Assembly (NCBI GenBank): GCA_049322655.1
Contig: JBMORP010000006.1
Coordinates: 192,410 to 256,409, forward strand
Reading direction: 5' to 3'
Length of the DNA stretch: 64,000 nt
Source of the DNA: Patescibacteria group bacterium
GTDB taxonomy: Bacteria; Patescibacteriota; Microgenomatia; UBA1400; PJMF01
Positions 7,789 to 17,822 of this stretch are shown one piece after another (within the stretch, counting starts at the first letter, position 1; every line of letters starts with the position of its first letter). The notes beneath the pieces were generated by a model. The model saw only the letters and a list, made by a program, of their open reading frames with translations, did no database searches and was not told the origin of the DNA. A program made the translations under genes and the position numbers.

Positions 7789-9402
7789 ATCTTTAAGAAT
7801 TAATTGAGGTGCTTTATTTCCTTGCCATTCATTAATCTCTAAAATTCCAGACAAATTTACTAATGAGCCAAGTTTGATTTTATCTGCCAAATCAGCTCTT
7901 CTCCAAGCCATGACTGTTAAATTATGTTGATCTCCTCCATCAGTTAAGACCAACTTTAAATGTTCTTGCTGTTTCCCCAGTTTTTTAATTTCAGTCACCC
8001 TAACATCTTGAAAAGCAAAAACAGGTTGATCGTTTCCTTGACCAAAAGGAGCAATTTGATCAACTGCTTCCACCAAAGCTACATCGACTAAGGCTAATGG
8101 CAATAGACATTCAACATTCAAAGTTTTTTTTAATAAGGCTGGATTAATATTCTCTTTAGCATAAGTAACCAAATGTTCAACTACTGCGGCTAACTTGTCT
8201 TGCTCAAAACCAAAACCAGCGGCCATTGGGTGCCCACCAAATTCCAAGAGCAACTCTCTTGCTGTTCTAATAATTTCAGTAATATTAATTCCTGGAACAG
8301 ATCTAGCTGAAGCCTTAGCAGTCGGTCCTTTTGTACTAATTACAATTGAGGGTTTGGCATACTTTTCCGTTAATCTACCAGCTATCAGACCAATAATGCC
8401 CTCATGGAAATCATCTGCATGAACAATTAATAAATATTGATCATGTTGCTGATCCACCTGTTCTTTGGCTAGTTGGTATAAATCATTAGTTAACTGTTGT
8501 CTGTCTAGATTAGTATCATCCACTAAACTAGCTAAAACTCTGGCTCTTTTTTTATTACTAGTGCACAACAATCTCAAAGCATCCATGGCAGTAGACAATC
8601 TTCCCATGGCATTAATCCTTGGACCTAAAACAAAGCCTAAATGCATGGCGGTAATTGTTTTGGTAGTTAGTCCTGCTGCCTCTCTTAAAGCGACCAAACC
8701 AATTCTACGATTGTTATTGATTTCTTTTAAACCATGAAAAACAAAAGCCCGATTTACCCCTTTTAGAGGCATCAAATCTGTTACTGTTGCTAAAGCGACT
8801 AAATCTAAATTGTTCTTGGCCTGTGTTTCACTCAGTTCTCTAACTAAAGACCAAGCCACCGCAGCTCCACAAATTTTAGTACTATGAACAATTGCTAATG
8901 AGTTTGGTAAAATTTGGTCTGGTTGATGATGATCGGTAATAATAACATCAATTCCCTTAGACTGTAGATCAGCAATAGCTTCATTAGCCACAATCCCCGT
9001 ATCAACCGTGATTAATAAATCAGGCAAGTCAGTCTGATAAAGCTCTGCCAAGGACTTTGAGGTTAAACCATAGCCATGTTTTTCTCGATGAGGAATAAAG
9101 GGAGTAACTTTTGCCCCAAGCTGATAGAGAGCCTGCCATAAAATGGCTGTAGCACTCACGCCATCAGCATCATAATCACCAAAAACTAAAATCTTTTGCT
9201 GGTGCTTAATAGCAGTTAAGATTCGCTCTTTAGCTAACTTTAACATCTCAATATTTAGCCCTAATTCTTCGGCTGAAATATCCAAAGGATTTGGTGGAGA
9301 AAAAAATAAGTCTTGATCAATTATTTTTCTATTTTTAAGTAACACTTCAGTTACTTCTTCTTTAGTGCTAGGAACTGTTGTAGATAAAAAATTCCAAAAC
9401 AT
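7765..9402 (-). CDS. recJ: Single-stranded-DNA-specific exonuclease RecJ
   Basis: DHH family motifs GDYDADGVSA, ITDHHQP; DHHA1 region GGHPMAAG; C-terminal OB-like domain. Confidence 0.85.
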   Translation of the reverse strand: MFWNFLSTTVPSTKEEVTEVLLKNRKIIDQDLFFSPPNPLDISAEELGLNIEMLKLAKERILTAIKHQQKILVFGDYDADGVSATAILWQALYQLGAKVTPFIPHREKHGYGLTSKSLAELYQTDLPDLLITVDTGIVANEAIADLQSKGIDVIITDHHQPDQILPNSLAIVHSTKICGAAVAWSLVRELSETQAKNNLDLVALATVTDLMPLKGVNRAFVFHGLKEINNNRRIGLVALREAAGLTTKTITAMHLGFVLGPRINAMGRLSTAMDALRLLCTSNKKRARVLASLVDDTNLDRQQLTNDLYQLAKEQVDQQHDQYLLIVHADDFHEGIIGLIAGRLTEKYAKPSIVISTKGPTAKASARSVPGINITEIIRTARELLLEFGGHPMAAGFGFEQDKLAAVVEHLVTYAKENINPALLKKTLNVECLLPLALVDVALVEAVDQIAPFGQGNDQPVFAFQDVRVTEIKKLGKQQEHLKLVLTDGGDQHNLTVMAWRRADLADKIKLGSLVNLSGILEINEWQGNKAPQLILKDLQLAEVV

Positions 9403-9431
9403 AGCCTCAGGGTATCATATATAATGAAGCT

Positions 9432-11015
9432 ATGAAACTCGAGTTACCATTCGAAGTCTTGTTTGTGTGCTACACCCTCCAAAAAGCTGGCTTTACTGCT
9501 TATTTAGTTGGTGGCGCCATCAGAGATTTGATTCTGCAAACAACTGATACTTTTCACCACCAGCACACCTCAATTACTGACTATGACTTTACTACTGATG
9601 CTAAACCAGAAGAAATTATGAAGCTTTTTCCAGAAAGTTTTTATGAAAATAATTTTGGCACAGTCAGTATTACCCATGAAGATACTTTAACACTAATTAA
9701 GTTAAATCATTTTCTGCCAACTGAAAACTTACTTTCTAAATTTAAAGAAGTCAACAAAAAAACATTAATAGATCTAGCTCAAGCCAAAAAAATTCATGAG
9801 TCTTTGGCAACAAAGAAGCCCACTCTTCCTTCAGAAGAAAAGCAGCCCAAACCTTTTGAAATCACTACCTATCGAACTGATGGCACCTACCATGATCATC
9901 GCCGACCAGATAAAGTTGCTTGGGGAAAAACCATTGAAGAAGATTTAGAACGAAGGGATTTTACTATCAATGCTTTAGCTATTAAATTAAATAATGATTT
10001 TCTACATCAAATTTTTTCTCAAAAAACCCTACAAACTAGCTATTTGATTAGCACTAATAATTTTGCATTAGTTGATCCACATAACGGCATTAAAGACTTG
10101 GCTCAAGGGGTTATTGAAGCTGTTGGTGATCCTAATCTACGTTTTAAAGAAGATGCCTTAAGAATGCTCAGAGCCATTCGTTTTTCGGTCCAATTGAGCA
10201 TGAATATTGGTCAAAAAACTTACCAAGCACTCAAGGCCCATGCACCACTAATCCAACATATTAGCTGGGAAAGAATTAGAGACGAATTTCTTAAAATGCT
10301 AGCCAGTAGAGAACCAAAAAAAGCCATTTTTCAGTTAGAAGAAACAAAAATTCTAGAAGTCATTTTACCGGAGCTACTAGCCATGAAAGGCGTTGACCAA
10401 GCTGGTCATCACACAACTGATGTTTGGGTGCACTCGCTTGATGCTTTAGACCATTGTCCATCAAATGACCCCATCGTTAGATTAGCTACTTTGCTTCATG
10501 ATATTGGCAAACCACTAACTTTTGAAAAAAAAGATAATAATATTACTTTCTATAACCATGAAATCATTGGCTCTAGGGTAGCCTCCAAAATTGCCAAAAG
10601 ATTAAAGCTATCCAAACATGACACCCAACGAGTATTCACTTTAGTTCGCTATCATATGTTCCATTATCAACCTCACAATACCGATGCTTCTATTAGAAGA
10701 TTTATGAGAAAGGTTGGTCTGGAAAATATTGATGATATTTTGGACCTCAGAGAAGGTGACCGACTCGGCAGTGGTGCACAAAAAACTAGTTGGCGACTAG
10801 AAGAAATGAAAAATAGAATGCTTGAGCAACTAAACCAACCCATGGATGTCAAAGATTTGGCCATTAACGGGCACGATCTAATCAATGAATTGAAACTTAA
10901 ACCAGGTAAACAAATTGGAGATATTCTAAATAGTTTATTTGAAGAAGTTTTGGATGACCCAGCTTTAAACTCCAAAGAAATTCTATTACAAAAAGCTAAA
11001 GCGCTATTAAATTAA
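9432..11015 (+). CDS. cca: CCA-adding tRNA nucleotidyltransferase with HD domain
   Basis: LVGGAIRD and DYDFTT head motifs; RFSVQ neck region; HD motif LLHDIGK; ~60-aa insertion in head. Confidence 0.8.
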   Translation: MKLELPFEVLFVCYTLQKAGFTAYLVGGAIRDLILQTTDTFHHQHTSITDYDFTTDAKPEEIMKLFPESFYENNFGTVSITHEDTLTLIKLNHFLPTENLLSKFKEVNKKTLIDLAQAKKIHESLATKKPTLPSEEKQPKPFEITTYRTDGTYHDHRRPDKVAWGKTIEEDLERRDFTINALAIKLNNDFLHQIFSQKTLQTSYLISTNNFALVDPHNGIKDLAQGVIEAVGDPNLRFKEDALRMLRAIRFSVQLSMNIGQKTYQALKAHAPLIQHISWERIRDEFLKMLASREPKKAIFQLEETKILEVILPELLAMKGVDQAGHHTTDVWVHSLDALDHCPSNDPIVRLATLLHDIGKPLTFEKKDNNITFYNHEIIGSRVASKIAKRLKLSKHDTQRVFTLVRYHMFHYQPHNTDASIRRFMRKVGLENIDDILDLREGDRLGSGAQKTSWRLEEMKNRMLEQLNQPMDVKDLAINGHDLINELKLKPGKQIGDILNSLFEEVLDDPALNSKEILLQKAKALLN

Positions 11016-11705
11016 CTGATAAGTAGCAATCTCTATCTTGTTATTCATTACGGCATTACATGACAGTAAGGTAATTGAATCGATTTCATAACTAAATGGT
11101 TTTAAATTAGTAGAAATTTCTTTAACTTTATTTTTAAATTGATCAGTCAATAGCTTATTAAATCTCACTAAAGTCACATTACTAAAAAAATAGCGATTGT
11201 TGAGATAAATTTTATTATCTGGAACACCCACCTCATTTAATTTTTGGTCTAAATCCAAAATAATTTCATCTAAAGTAGGGTCAGTGGTCCCAATTAAAGC
11301 CAAATTATAAGGAAAAAGTAGTAATCGATAATAATAAGCTTTAAACTTATGATACTTAGGTATAACTTCAGCAAAAACTTGTTGAACTTTTTTAATATCG
11401 GCTTCAGTAAACGCTGGTGGACTCTGAATTGTTTTAATATTTTTAACTGTCATGTGAACAAGTTCATTAGAATAAAAAAACTGCTTTGGATCTATTTTTT
11501 TTAACGGCTGCAAAATCTCTAACTCAATTTTTTTAAAAAAATCATTTCTGGGAAAATGAACACTAGTCAAAGCAATTCTTTGATCATTAATAAAATCATC
11601 AACCGGCTCAACCATTGAAAAATTAGCTTGATTAACTATCAGTGACTGCTCAATTTGTTCAATAACTTCGACTTGTTTTTGTTGATGAGCTGTTAGCTTA
11701 AACAT
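11007..11705 (-). CDS. Hypothetical protein (weak 2H-phosphoesterase-like HMTV motif only)
   Basis: ORF only; single H-x-T-x motif; convergent 9-nt overlap with cca. Confidence 0.3.
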   Translation of the reverse strand: MFKLTAHQQKQVEVIEQIEQSLIVNQANFSMVEPVDDFINDQRIALTSVHFPRNDFFKKIELEILQPLKKIDPKQFFYSNELVHMTVKNIKTIQSPPAFTEADIKKVQQVFAEVIPKYHKFKAYYYRLLLFPYNLALIGTTDPTLDEIILDLDQKLNEVGVPDNKIYLNNRYFFSNVTLVRFNKLLTDQFKNKVKEISTNLKPFSYEIDSITLLSCNAVMNNKIEIATYQLI

Positions 11706-12567
11706 GTTTTTTGAACACTTTTTGATGCCATTGAACTAAAAGTGGAACGGCTGTAAAAGAACTCGAATAGGTTCCAGTAATAGCCCCAATCAATAATGCT
11801 ACTGAAAACCATTTAATTGATTGTCCTCCTAGTAAAACCAAGGATAAAAGCATCACAATAATGGTAATTGAGTTATTCAAAGATCTGACCAATGTTTCAC
11901 TGACGGCTCGATCAGCCATCTCTGTAAAAGAGTACTTAGGATACCTCCGCTGCAACTCTCTGATTCTGTCAAAAACCACAATTGTATCGTGAACAGAGAA
12001 AGATAAAGTAGTCAACAAAGCTGTCACAAACAACACATCTACCTCTACCCCATAAAAATAACCAAACAAACTAAAACTCCCCAAAACTACTAACGAATCA
12101 TGTAGCATGGCCAAAATAGCAGATAAACCAAACTTTAGATCAGTAAACTGTTTGGCAACATATAACAAAATAAAAATCATTACAATTAACCCTGCCCACA
12201 ACATCTTTCTAATTAGTTCTTGGCCAAGAATTGGTCCAACAGTTTCAAATCTAACTACTTCAACAAAACCAACCTGCTGACTAACTGTTTCAACAAAACT
12301 ATTTTTTATTTCTTCACTAATTGGTTTGCCTCTCAAAATATAACTACCATCTTCAGTGGTTTGAATGGTTTGTAAAGCCAATTCCTCACCAGCTGAGTCA
12401 TACCAAAATTGTTCTGTAACCAACTCATCAAGTTTGAGCTCCAACAATGTCCCTCCAGTAAAATCAATTGAAGGTCGTAAGCCAACCGTTAATAAAGAAA
12501 AAATTCCAGGAACAAGAACTATGGCCGAAATCAAGAAAAATAACCATCGGTATTTCATTAATTTCAT
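11698..12567 (-). CDS. secF: Protein translocase subunit SecF
   Basis: 6-TM SecF architecture, immediately downstream of secD with 4-nt overlap. Confidence 0.85.
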   Translation of the reverse strand: MKLMKYRWLFFLISAIVLVPGIFSLLTVGLRPSIDFTGGTLLELKLDELVTEQFWYDSAGEELALQTIQTTEDGSYILRGKPISEEIKNSFVETVSQQVGFVEVVRFETVGPILGQELIRKMLWAGLIVMIFILLYVAKQFTDLKFGLSAILAMLHDSLVVLGSFSLFGYFYGVEVDVLFVTALLTTLSFSVHDTIVVFDRIRELQRRYPKYSFTEMADRAVSETLVRSLNNSITIIVMLLSLVLLGGQSIKWFSVALLIGAITGTYSSSFTAVPLLVQWHQKVFKKHV

Positions 12568-13964
12568 TTTTGATGCTCCTTGTAAACCTTTTCCAAAAAT
12601 GGGCTAAAAACTCTTAATAAAGTTCTACTCACAACCACTCCAGTGAATAAACTAAGCAAAACACCCAACAATAACGTAACTCCAAAACCTCTAACTAGTC
12701 CACTTCTATTTAAAAACTCAAAATTGAAAGGATTGATCAACACCAAAGAAGTAATAATCGTGGCTAGATTGGCGTCTTTAATACTTTCCCATGCTCTACC
12801 AAAACCAAGCTCTAAAGAATTTAAATATGAATGACCAAGACGATGCTCTTCTTTAAACCGCTCAAAAATCAAGATATTAGCATCAACTGCCATACCAATA
12901 GATAATAATAACCCAGCGATACCAGGCAAAGTTAAAACTACTCCCAAGACTTTATACAAAGCCACTGTCAAGATTGAATAAATCACCAAAGCCAAAGCAG
13001 CAATGATGCCATGGTAACCATAATTAAGAGTCATGAAAACAACCACCAAGCTCAACCCGACCAAACCAGCAAAAACACTTTGTTTAATCGATTCTTCACC
13101 AAGATTGGCTCCAATAGTTCTTTGTTCCAAAATCTCGATTGGCACTGGCAATGCTCCAGCATTCAATTGAATAGCCAATTGTTTGGCCTCTTCAATTGAA
13201 TAATTACCAGTCATCATGGCTTGACCATCAATAATTGGAGTTGAAACAACTGGCGCGACTATCGGTAAACCATCAATAAAAATACCAATCATCTTACCAA
13301 CATTATTAGTAGTAAGATCTGCAAAGATTTCCGTCCCACGTTCATCAAATTGTAAAGCAATCACTGGTTCACCAGTTTGAGGATCAAATTGAGGACTCGC
13401 TTTTTTAAGTTCTTTACCAGTTAATTCGGTAGGCATAAAAACGATATTATTTTGTAAGGCAGTTTCACTTGCTTCAACTATTTCTGCTGGTAAATCAGCT
13501 GTTGTTTCCAATCTAAAATCTAGTTGAGCGGTTGTTCCAACTAGATTCAAAGCTTCTTGAGGGTCTTTAACACCAGGTAATTCAATAATTAATCGGTATT
13601 CATCTCCAGACTTTGCAGTTTGAATCACTGGTTCGCTTACTCCATATAAATCAACCCGACGACGAATTATTTCCTGAGCAGAAACCAAAGCGTCTGCCCG
13701 ATCTTCTTCAACAATACCAGTCATATCAGCTTTAAGAATGACTTGCATCCCACCTTGTAAATCAAGTCCTTTTTTGAGTGGTAAATCTGAATTATAGATT
13801 TTATTACCAATTTTTAAACTAAACTTAGGAACAGTAATTGTTTGGTCAAATCGCCAAGAAAAAAAAGTAAAACTTATAGCTAATTGAGGAGGCAAAGCAA
13901 GATAAAGAGAAAACAAACTTAAAAAAACAATAAACAGCAACCGCTTGCCTAATTTATTATTCAT
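12564..13964 (-). CDS. secD: Protein translocase subunit SecD
   Basis: N-terminal TM, large periplasmic domain, C-terminal 5-TM SecD/SecF module (GMAVDANILIFERFKEE). Confidence 0.85.
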   Translation of the reverse strand: MNNKLGKRLLFIVFLSLFSLYLALPPQLAISFTFFSWRFDQTITVPKFSLKIGNKIYNSDLPLKKGLDLQGGMQVILKADMTGIVEEDRADALVSAQEIIRRRVDLYGVSEPVIQTAKSGDEYRLIIELPGVKDPQEALNLVGTTAQLDFRLETTADLPAEIVEASETALQNNIVFMPTELTGKELKKASPQFDPQTGEPVIALQFDERGTEIFADLTTNNVGKMIGIFIDGLPIVAPVVSTPIIDGQAMMTGNYSIEEAKQLAIQLNAGALPVPIEILEQRTIGANLGEESIKQSVFAGLVGLSLVVVFMTLNYGYHGIIAALALVIYSILTVALYKVLGVVLTLPGIAGLLLSIGMAVDANILIFERFKEEHRLGHSYLNSLELGFGRAWESIKDANLATIITSLVLINPFNFEFLNRSGLVRGFGVTLLLGVLLSLFTGVVVSRTLLRVFSPFLEKVYKEHQK

Positions 13965-13967
13965 TGT

Positions 13968-14567
13968 TTACAATCCTTGAACTTGACGATGAGCAAAATC
14001 ATCTTCATTACCAATTACCATCACTCTTGTACTATACAAAATATCCATCACAAAAGGATCGCGGCGGGTTTTTCTGAAAGAGAATTCTTCACTATCAAAA
14101 ACAGCGTAGTTAACTTCTCGACCCAATCTCTTTTCTTCTTCTTTCATCAAAGCTTGAAGTTCTGGTAAAACTACATCACCGATAATCAGCACCTCTACTT
14201 CATCTTGAGTAGGCTTAATTCCTCTCGTGAACTTACCAGAGAACATAACAAATTCCAACTGACCAAGTTTTCTTCTTAGACGACGAATTTTTTTACCCAA
14301 ACCAGTAGTTTTCACCACCATTTGATGTAATTCTTGGTAATAAAGATATTTTTTATTCAAAAAATAATATAGTCGATTACCTCGTTGTTCACTTTTCAAA
14401 ATTCCAACCCCAAGCATTCGATCTAACTCACGACGAACAGCATTAATTTCTTCTTTAATACTTCTGGTAATTTCCCTAACATAGTACATCTCGTCAGCAC
14501 TGGTAAAAAAAAGACTCAACATTTTCACCCTGACTCTTGAAATCATAAAATCAGTTAAATCTGCCAT
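13968..14567 (-). CDS. Winged-helix DNA-binding protein with unknown C-terminal domain, co-directional and 3 nt upstream of secD
   Basis: N-terminal wHTH-like region (VREITRSIKEEINAVRRELDRMLGVGIL); no further motif recognised. Confidence 0.35.
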   Translation of the reverse strand: MADLTDFMISRVRVKMLSLFFTSADEMYYVREITRSIKEEINAVRRELDRMLGVGILKSEQRGNRLYYFLNKKYLYYQELHQMVVKTTGLGKKIRRLRRKLGQLEFVMFSGKFTRGIKPTQDEVEVLIIGDVVLPELQALMKEEEKRLGREVNYAVFDSEEFSFRKTRRDPFVMDILYSTRVMVIGNEDDFAHRQVQGL

Positions 14568-14627
14568 AGTGTTTTTCTAATGAACTACTTTTGTACTCAA
14601 AAATGAGTATAACATGTTTTTTTAAGT

Positions 14628-15845
14628 TTAATAATCAACATCACTACCCGTTGCTAAAACAGACAACCAAGTCAAACCACGAGCCATTTCAACAGGCTTG
14701 CCTTTGTTATCCAAAAATTCCAGCTCAGAAGTTCTGGTTTTCTTACTCCAGGTTGCTTCAATTACTTGCCCATGCTTAAAAATTAGAGCCTCACCATTGC
14801 CAATAGTACCGTAAAGCATATGTTTCTTCTCGTTAATGGGACCTTTTTCAGTCATGAATAAAATCACGACATTATTAGCCATAATCTGTTCATCATTGTT
14901 GAGATCAAGATGTTTTTCTCCACCCATTGATCGAGCATAAGCATCTTTTTCTGTGTCATAAACCCAAGCAACAGAATAATCTCCATACCCACTCCAAAAA
15001 TCATAACTAATATTAATTACACTGCCTTTTTCAGGTTTTTCAGTCTCAAAACTCCAACTAGTAAAACCTTCTTTCCAATCACTTCCTTCCAAAACTTTTC
15101 TTCCGACTTTTCTATCTGGAGACATATTTGTCCAACCTCTGTCTTCAGCCACAGCCCACAATTTTTCAGTGGTAGTCACCATGGTGTGTTCAGTAGCTAA
15201 GTCCTTACCTGGGATACGATTATAGTCACGAACAAAAGTTGGATAACCAACTGAAAATTGATTGATATCATTTTCCAAACTCCAACCGTAATCAGCAATT
15301 TGTCCCAAAGCATCGGTTGGACCAGGAACATTGGCCCCACCAACGTGAACATACATTGGTAAATTATAACCAGAAGCCCAATCTAAAAAGTAAGTTCTAG
15401 CAGAACGAATTGGAGCTAAAGTCAAATCTTGAACTTGGGCCCCACAATAAAAAATAGCCCCAAAGCGAGTCACTCCACCTTCAGCAACTGCTTCATAAAC
15501 AAGATCAGCCCTGGATAAACCAGACTGAGGTCTGGATTCTGGGTGGTTTTCAATCATCACGAATAAAGGTCGTCTAGCTTCCCAGGCATCTCGCTCAACC
15601 TGAGTATAAAATTTACCATTCAACGGACAAGCTTGATCTCTTGGCGCTTGAGGATCAATTTCTAATAACGCCCCCAACAAAGTCTCTCCACCTTGAATAC
15701 CATTTGAACCTGTTTCTCCAGGTAGAACTACTTTAGCTTTTTCAAAATAAGAAAAAACACTAAACGTAGCGACTGCTGAAAAGGCATATAAAACCAGGGC
15801 TAAAACAAGATGCTTTTTTTGCATGTCAATAAAAATTCCTTTCAT
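14628..15845 (-). CDS. DUF3048 (YerB-like) secreted/lipoprotein
   Basis: N-terminal TM/signal; region IENHPESRPQSGLSRADLVYEAVAEGGVTRF resembles DUF3048 core. Confidence 0.55.
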   Translation of the reverse strand: MKGIFIDMQKKHLVLALVLYAFSAVATFSVFSYFEKAKVVLPGETGSNGIQGGETLLGALLEIDPQAPRDQACPLNGKFYTQVERDAWEARRPLFVMIENHPESRPQSGLSRADLVYEAVAEGGVTRFGAIFYCGAQVQDLTLAPIRSARTYFLDWASGYNLPMYVHVGGANVPGPTDALGQIADYGWSLENDINQFSVGYPTFVRDYNRIPGKDLATEHTMVTTTEKLWAVAEDRGWTNMSPDRKVGRKVLEGSDWKEGFTSWSFETEKPEKGSVINISYDFWSGYGDYSVAWVYDTEKDAYARSMGGEKHLDLNNDEQIMANNVVILFMTEKGPINEKKHMLYGTIGNGEALIFKHGQVIEATWSKKTRTSELEFLDNKGKPVEMARGLTWLSVLATGSDVDY

Positions 15846-16057
15846 TAAGACGTCTTAGTATAAACAAAAATTCCCAATAAAACAGCTATAACTAGTAAAG
15901 TATAGATGAAAGTTTTCTTGAGATCATTAATAATATAATTTTTTTCCTGATTAGCAAAGCTATCTTTTTTATCAGCTATAGCTTTATCAACTAATAAATT
16001 AACCTTAGTTCTAGTTTTTGACAGCTTTTTTTGGGCTTTTGTTCTTTTTTTTGCCAT
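15845..16057 (-). CDS. Small basic single-pass membrane protein
   Basis: 70 aa, Lys-rich N-terminus, C-terminal TM helix; start overlaps the stop of the DUF3048 gene (shared nucleotide 15845). Confidence 0.3.
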   Translation of the reverse strand: MAKKRTKAQKKLSKTRTKVNLLVDKAIADKKDSFANQEKNYIINDLKKTFIYTLLVIAVLLGIFVYTKTS

Positions 16058-16071
16058 TAGCTACTCCTAAT

Positions 16072-17190
16072 TTATTGAAAAATACGCCAAACATCACGGA
16101 TAGAAATCATAATAATTAAACTAAGTAAAATAATAAAACCAGTTAAATTAGCCGAACCTTCAAATTTTTTTACCTTGGCTCTACCAATAAATTTCTCCAG
16201 CAAAAGAAAAAACATTCTCCCCCCATCCAAAGCAGGAATAGGAAGAATATTCATAATACCCAAATTAAGAGATAACATCCCAGAAAAACCCAACACAGAC
16301 AGCCACCCCTGATCAAGCAAACCATTGCTACTGGCTTGATGAACAATTCCTACTGGACCAGCTAACCCTTCCGGAACTCCTGAGCCAGTTAAAATTTCTT
16401 TAAATAAATTGACTAAAGCTAAAACAATTAAAATTGCCACTCCTATAGCTTCTTTTAGACCATACCAAATACCGATAAAGGGCTGTATATACCATGGTTT
16501 TTTCATCAAATAAAAATCAGCAAAAGCGACCCCCATAGCTCCTTCTCCAGCAGGAATTTCTGCATCAGTTCTAATATAAACCTCTTTTTCTAGTAAATTT
16601 TCTGGACAAATACCCTGAGAACAGGGACCTTGCAACTGCACGGTGACGGTTTGCCCCTTATTCATTTGAGTAAAATTGATTACATCCTCAACTTTGGGAG
16701 TGCTGATCTGGTCTTGAAACAATTTAAAACCAATAATTTCATAGTTGGGTTCAATGCCAGCAGTTGCTGCTGGAGAATCTGCCACTACCTCAGCAATTCT
16801 GGCTCTACCACCGAGTTCTTGCGGTATGCCCATCACACTAAACACCACTGAAAAAATTAGGAGAGCATAAATAATATTAAATAATGGTCCTGCAAAAATA
16901 ACAGCAAATCTGGCTTTAATAGATTTATTATAAAAAGCTGCCTTGTTTTTTTTATCTTCGACCTCTTCTGAATCAACTGTTTCCCCCTCTAAGTGAACAA
17001 AACCTCCAAAAGGAATCCAATTCAAAGTAAAATCAGTTCCTTGCCAAGAAAAAAGTTTAATTACTTTAGGAGGATAACCAAAACCAAATTCGTGAACTTT
17101 AACTTGATGTTTTCTGGCCAGTAAAAAATGACCCAGCTCATGAATTACTACTAAAAAAGATAAGATTAAAATAAAAATAAATACTGTCAT
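16072..17190 (-). CDS. rseP: Site-2 zinc metalloprotease RseP
   Basis: HELGHFLLAR (HExxH), PDZ-like middle region, LDGGR motif near C-terminus. Confidence 0.8.
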   Translation of the reverse strand: MTVFIFILILSFLVVIHELGHFLLARKHQVKVHEFGFGYPPKVIKLFSWQGTDFTLNWIPFGGFVHLEGETVDSEEVEDKKNKAAFYNKSIKARFAVIFAGPLFNIIYALLIFSVVFSVMGIPQELGGRARIAEVVADSPAATAGIEPNYEIIGFKLFQDQISTPKVEDVINFTQMNKGQTVTVQLQGPCSQGICPENLLEKEVYIRTDAEIPAGEGAMGVAFADFYLMKKPWYIQPFIGIWYGLKEAIGVAILIVLALVNLFKEILTGSGVPEGLAGPVGIVHQASSNGLLDQGWLSVLGFSGMLSLNLGIMNILPIPALDGGRMFFLLLEKFIGRAKVKKFEGSANLTGFIILLSLIIMISIRDVWRIFQ

Positions 17191-17204
17191 AAAACCACAG
17201 TGAT

Positions 17205-17756
17205 CTACAATGAAAGTAGTTCTTTTTCTTTATCTCTAACTAATTGATCGATTTTATCGATATACTCTTTACTAACTTCATCCAACTCTTTCAAGCCAAG
17301 AGTAATATCATCTTCACTGATACCAGCTTCACCCTCTTGATTTTCAATCATTTGTTTGACATCAGATCTAACAGAGCGAACCATAACCCGACCACTTTCG
17401 GCTTTTTGATGAAGAATCTTCACCATCTCTTGTCTTCTTTCTTGGGTTAGTGGTGGAACTGGCACTTTAACCTTGTCACCATCAATAATCGCCCCAAGAT
17501 TTAAATTTGCAGCCAGAACTCCTTTTTCGACAGCGGCCACTAAGCTTTTATCCCAAGGGGTTATCACTAACAAGGTTGGATCAGGAGCGCTTACAGAACC
17601 AACTTCATTTAGTTTCATCACTGAACCATAAGCCTCAACCACTACATCGTCTAACATTTGTACAGCAGCTCGACCGGTTCTCAAGGTAGCAACTTCTTTT
17701 TCGGTATGAATAAGCGCTTTCTTAAATTGATCTAGATAATCATTTTTTTGAATCAT
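17205..17756 (-). CDS. frr: Ribosome recycling factor
   Basis: 183 aa; typical RRF sequence (LRTGRA, VITPWD, ERRQEMVK). Confidence 0.9.
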   Translation of the reverse strand: MIQKNDYLDQFKKALIHTEKEVATLRTGRAAVQMLDDVVVEAYGSVMKLNEVGSVSAPDPTLLVITPWDKSLVAAVEKGVLAANLNLGAIIDGDKVKVPVPPLTQERRQEMVKILHQKAESGRVMVRSVRSDVKQMIENQEGEAGISEDDITLGLKELDEVSKEYIDKIDQLVRDKEKELLSL

Positions 17757-17822
17757 ATTCCCTTAATTCTACCTCAAAGAACTAAAGATGCGAGAGGAGG
17801 TTGACTACAAGCTGTTATACTA

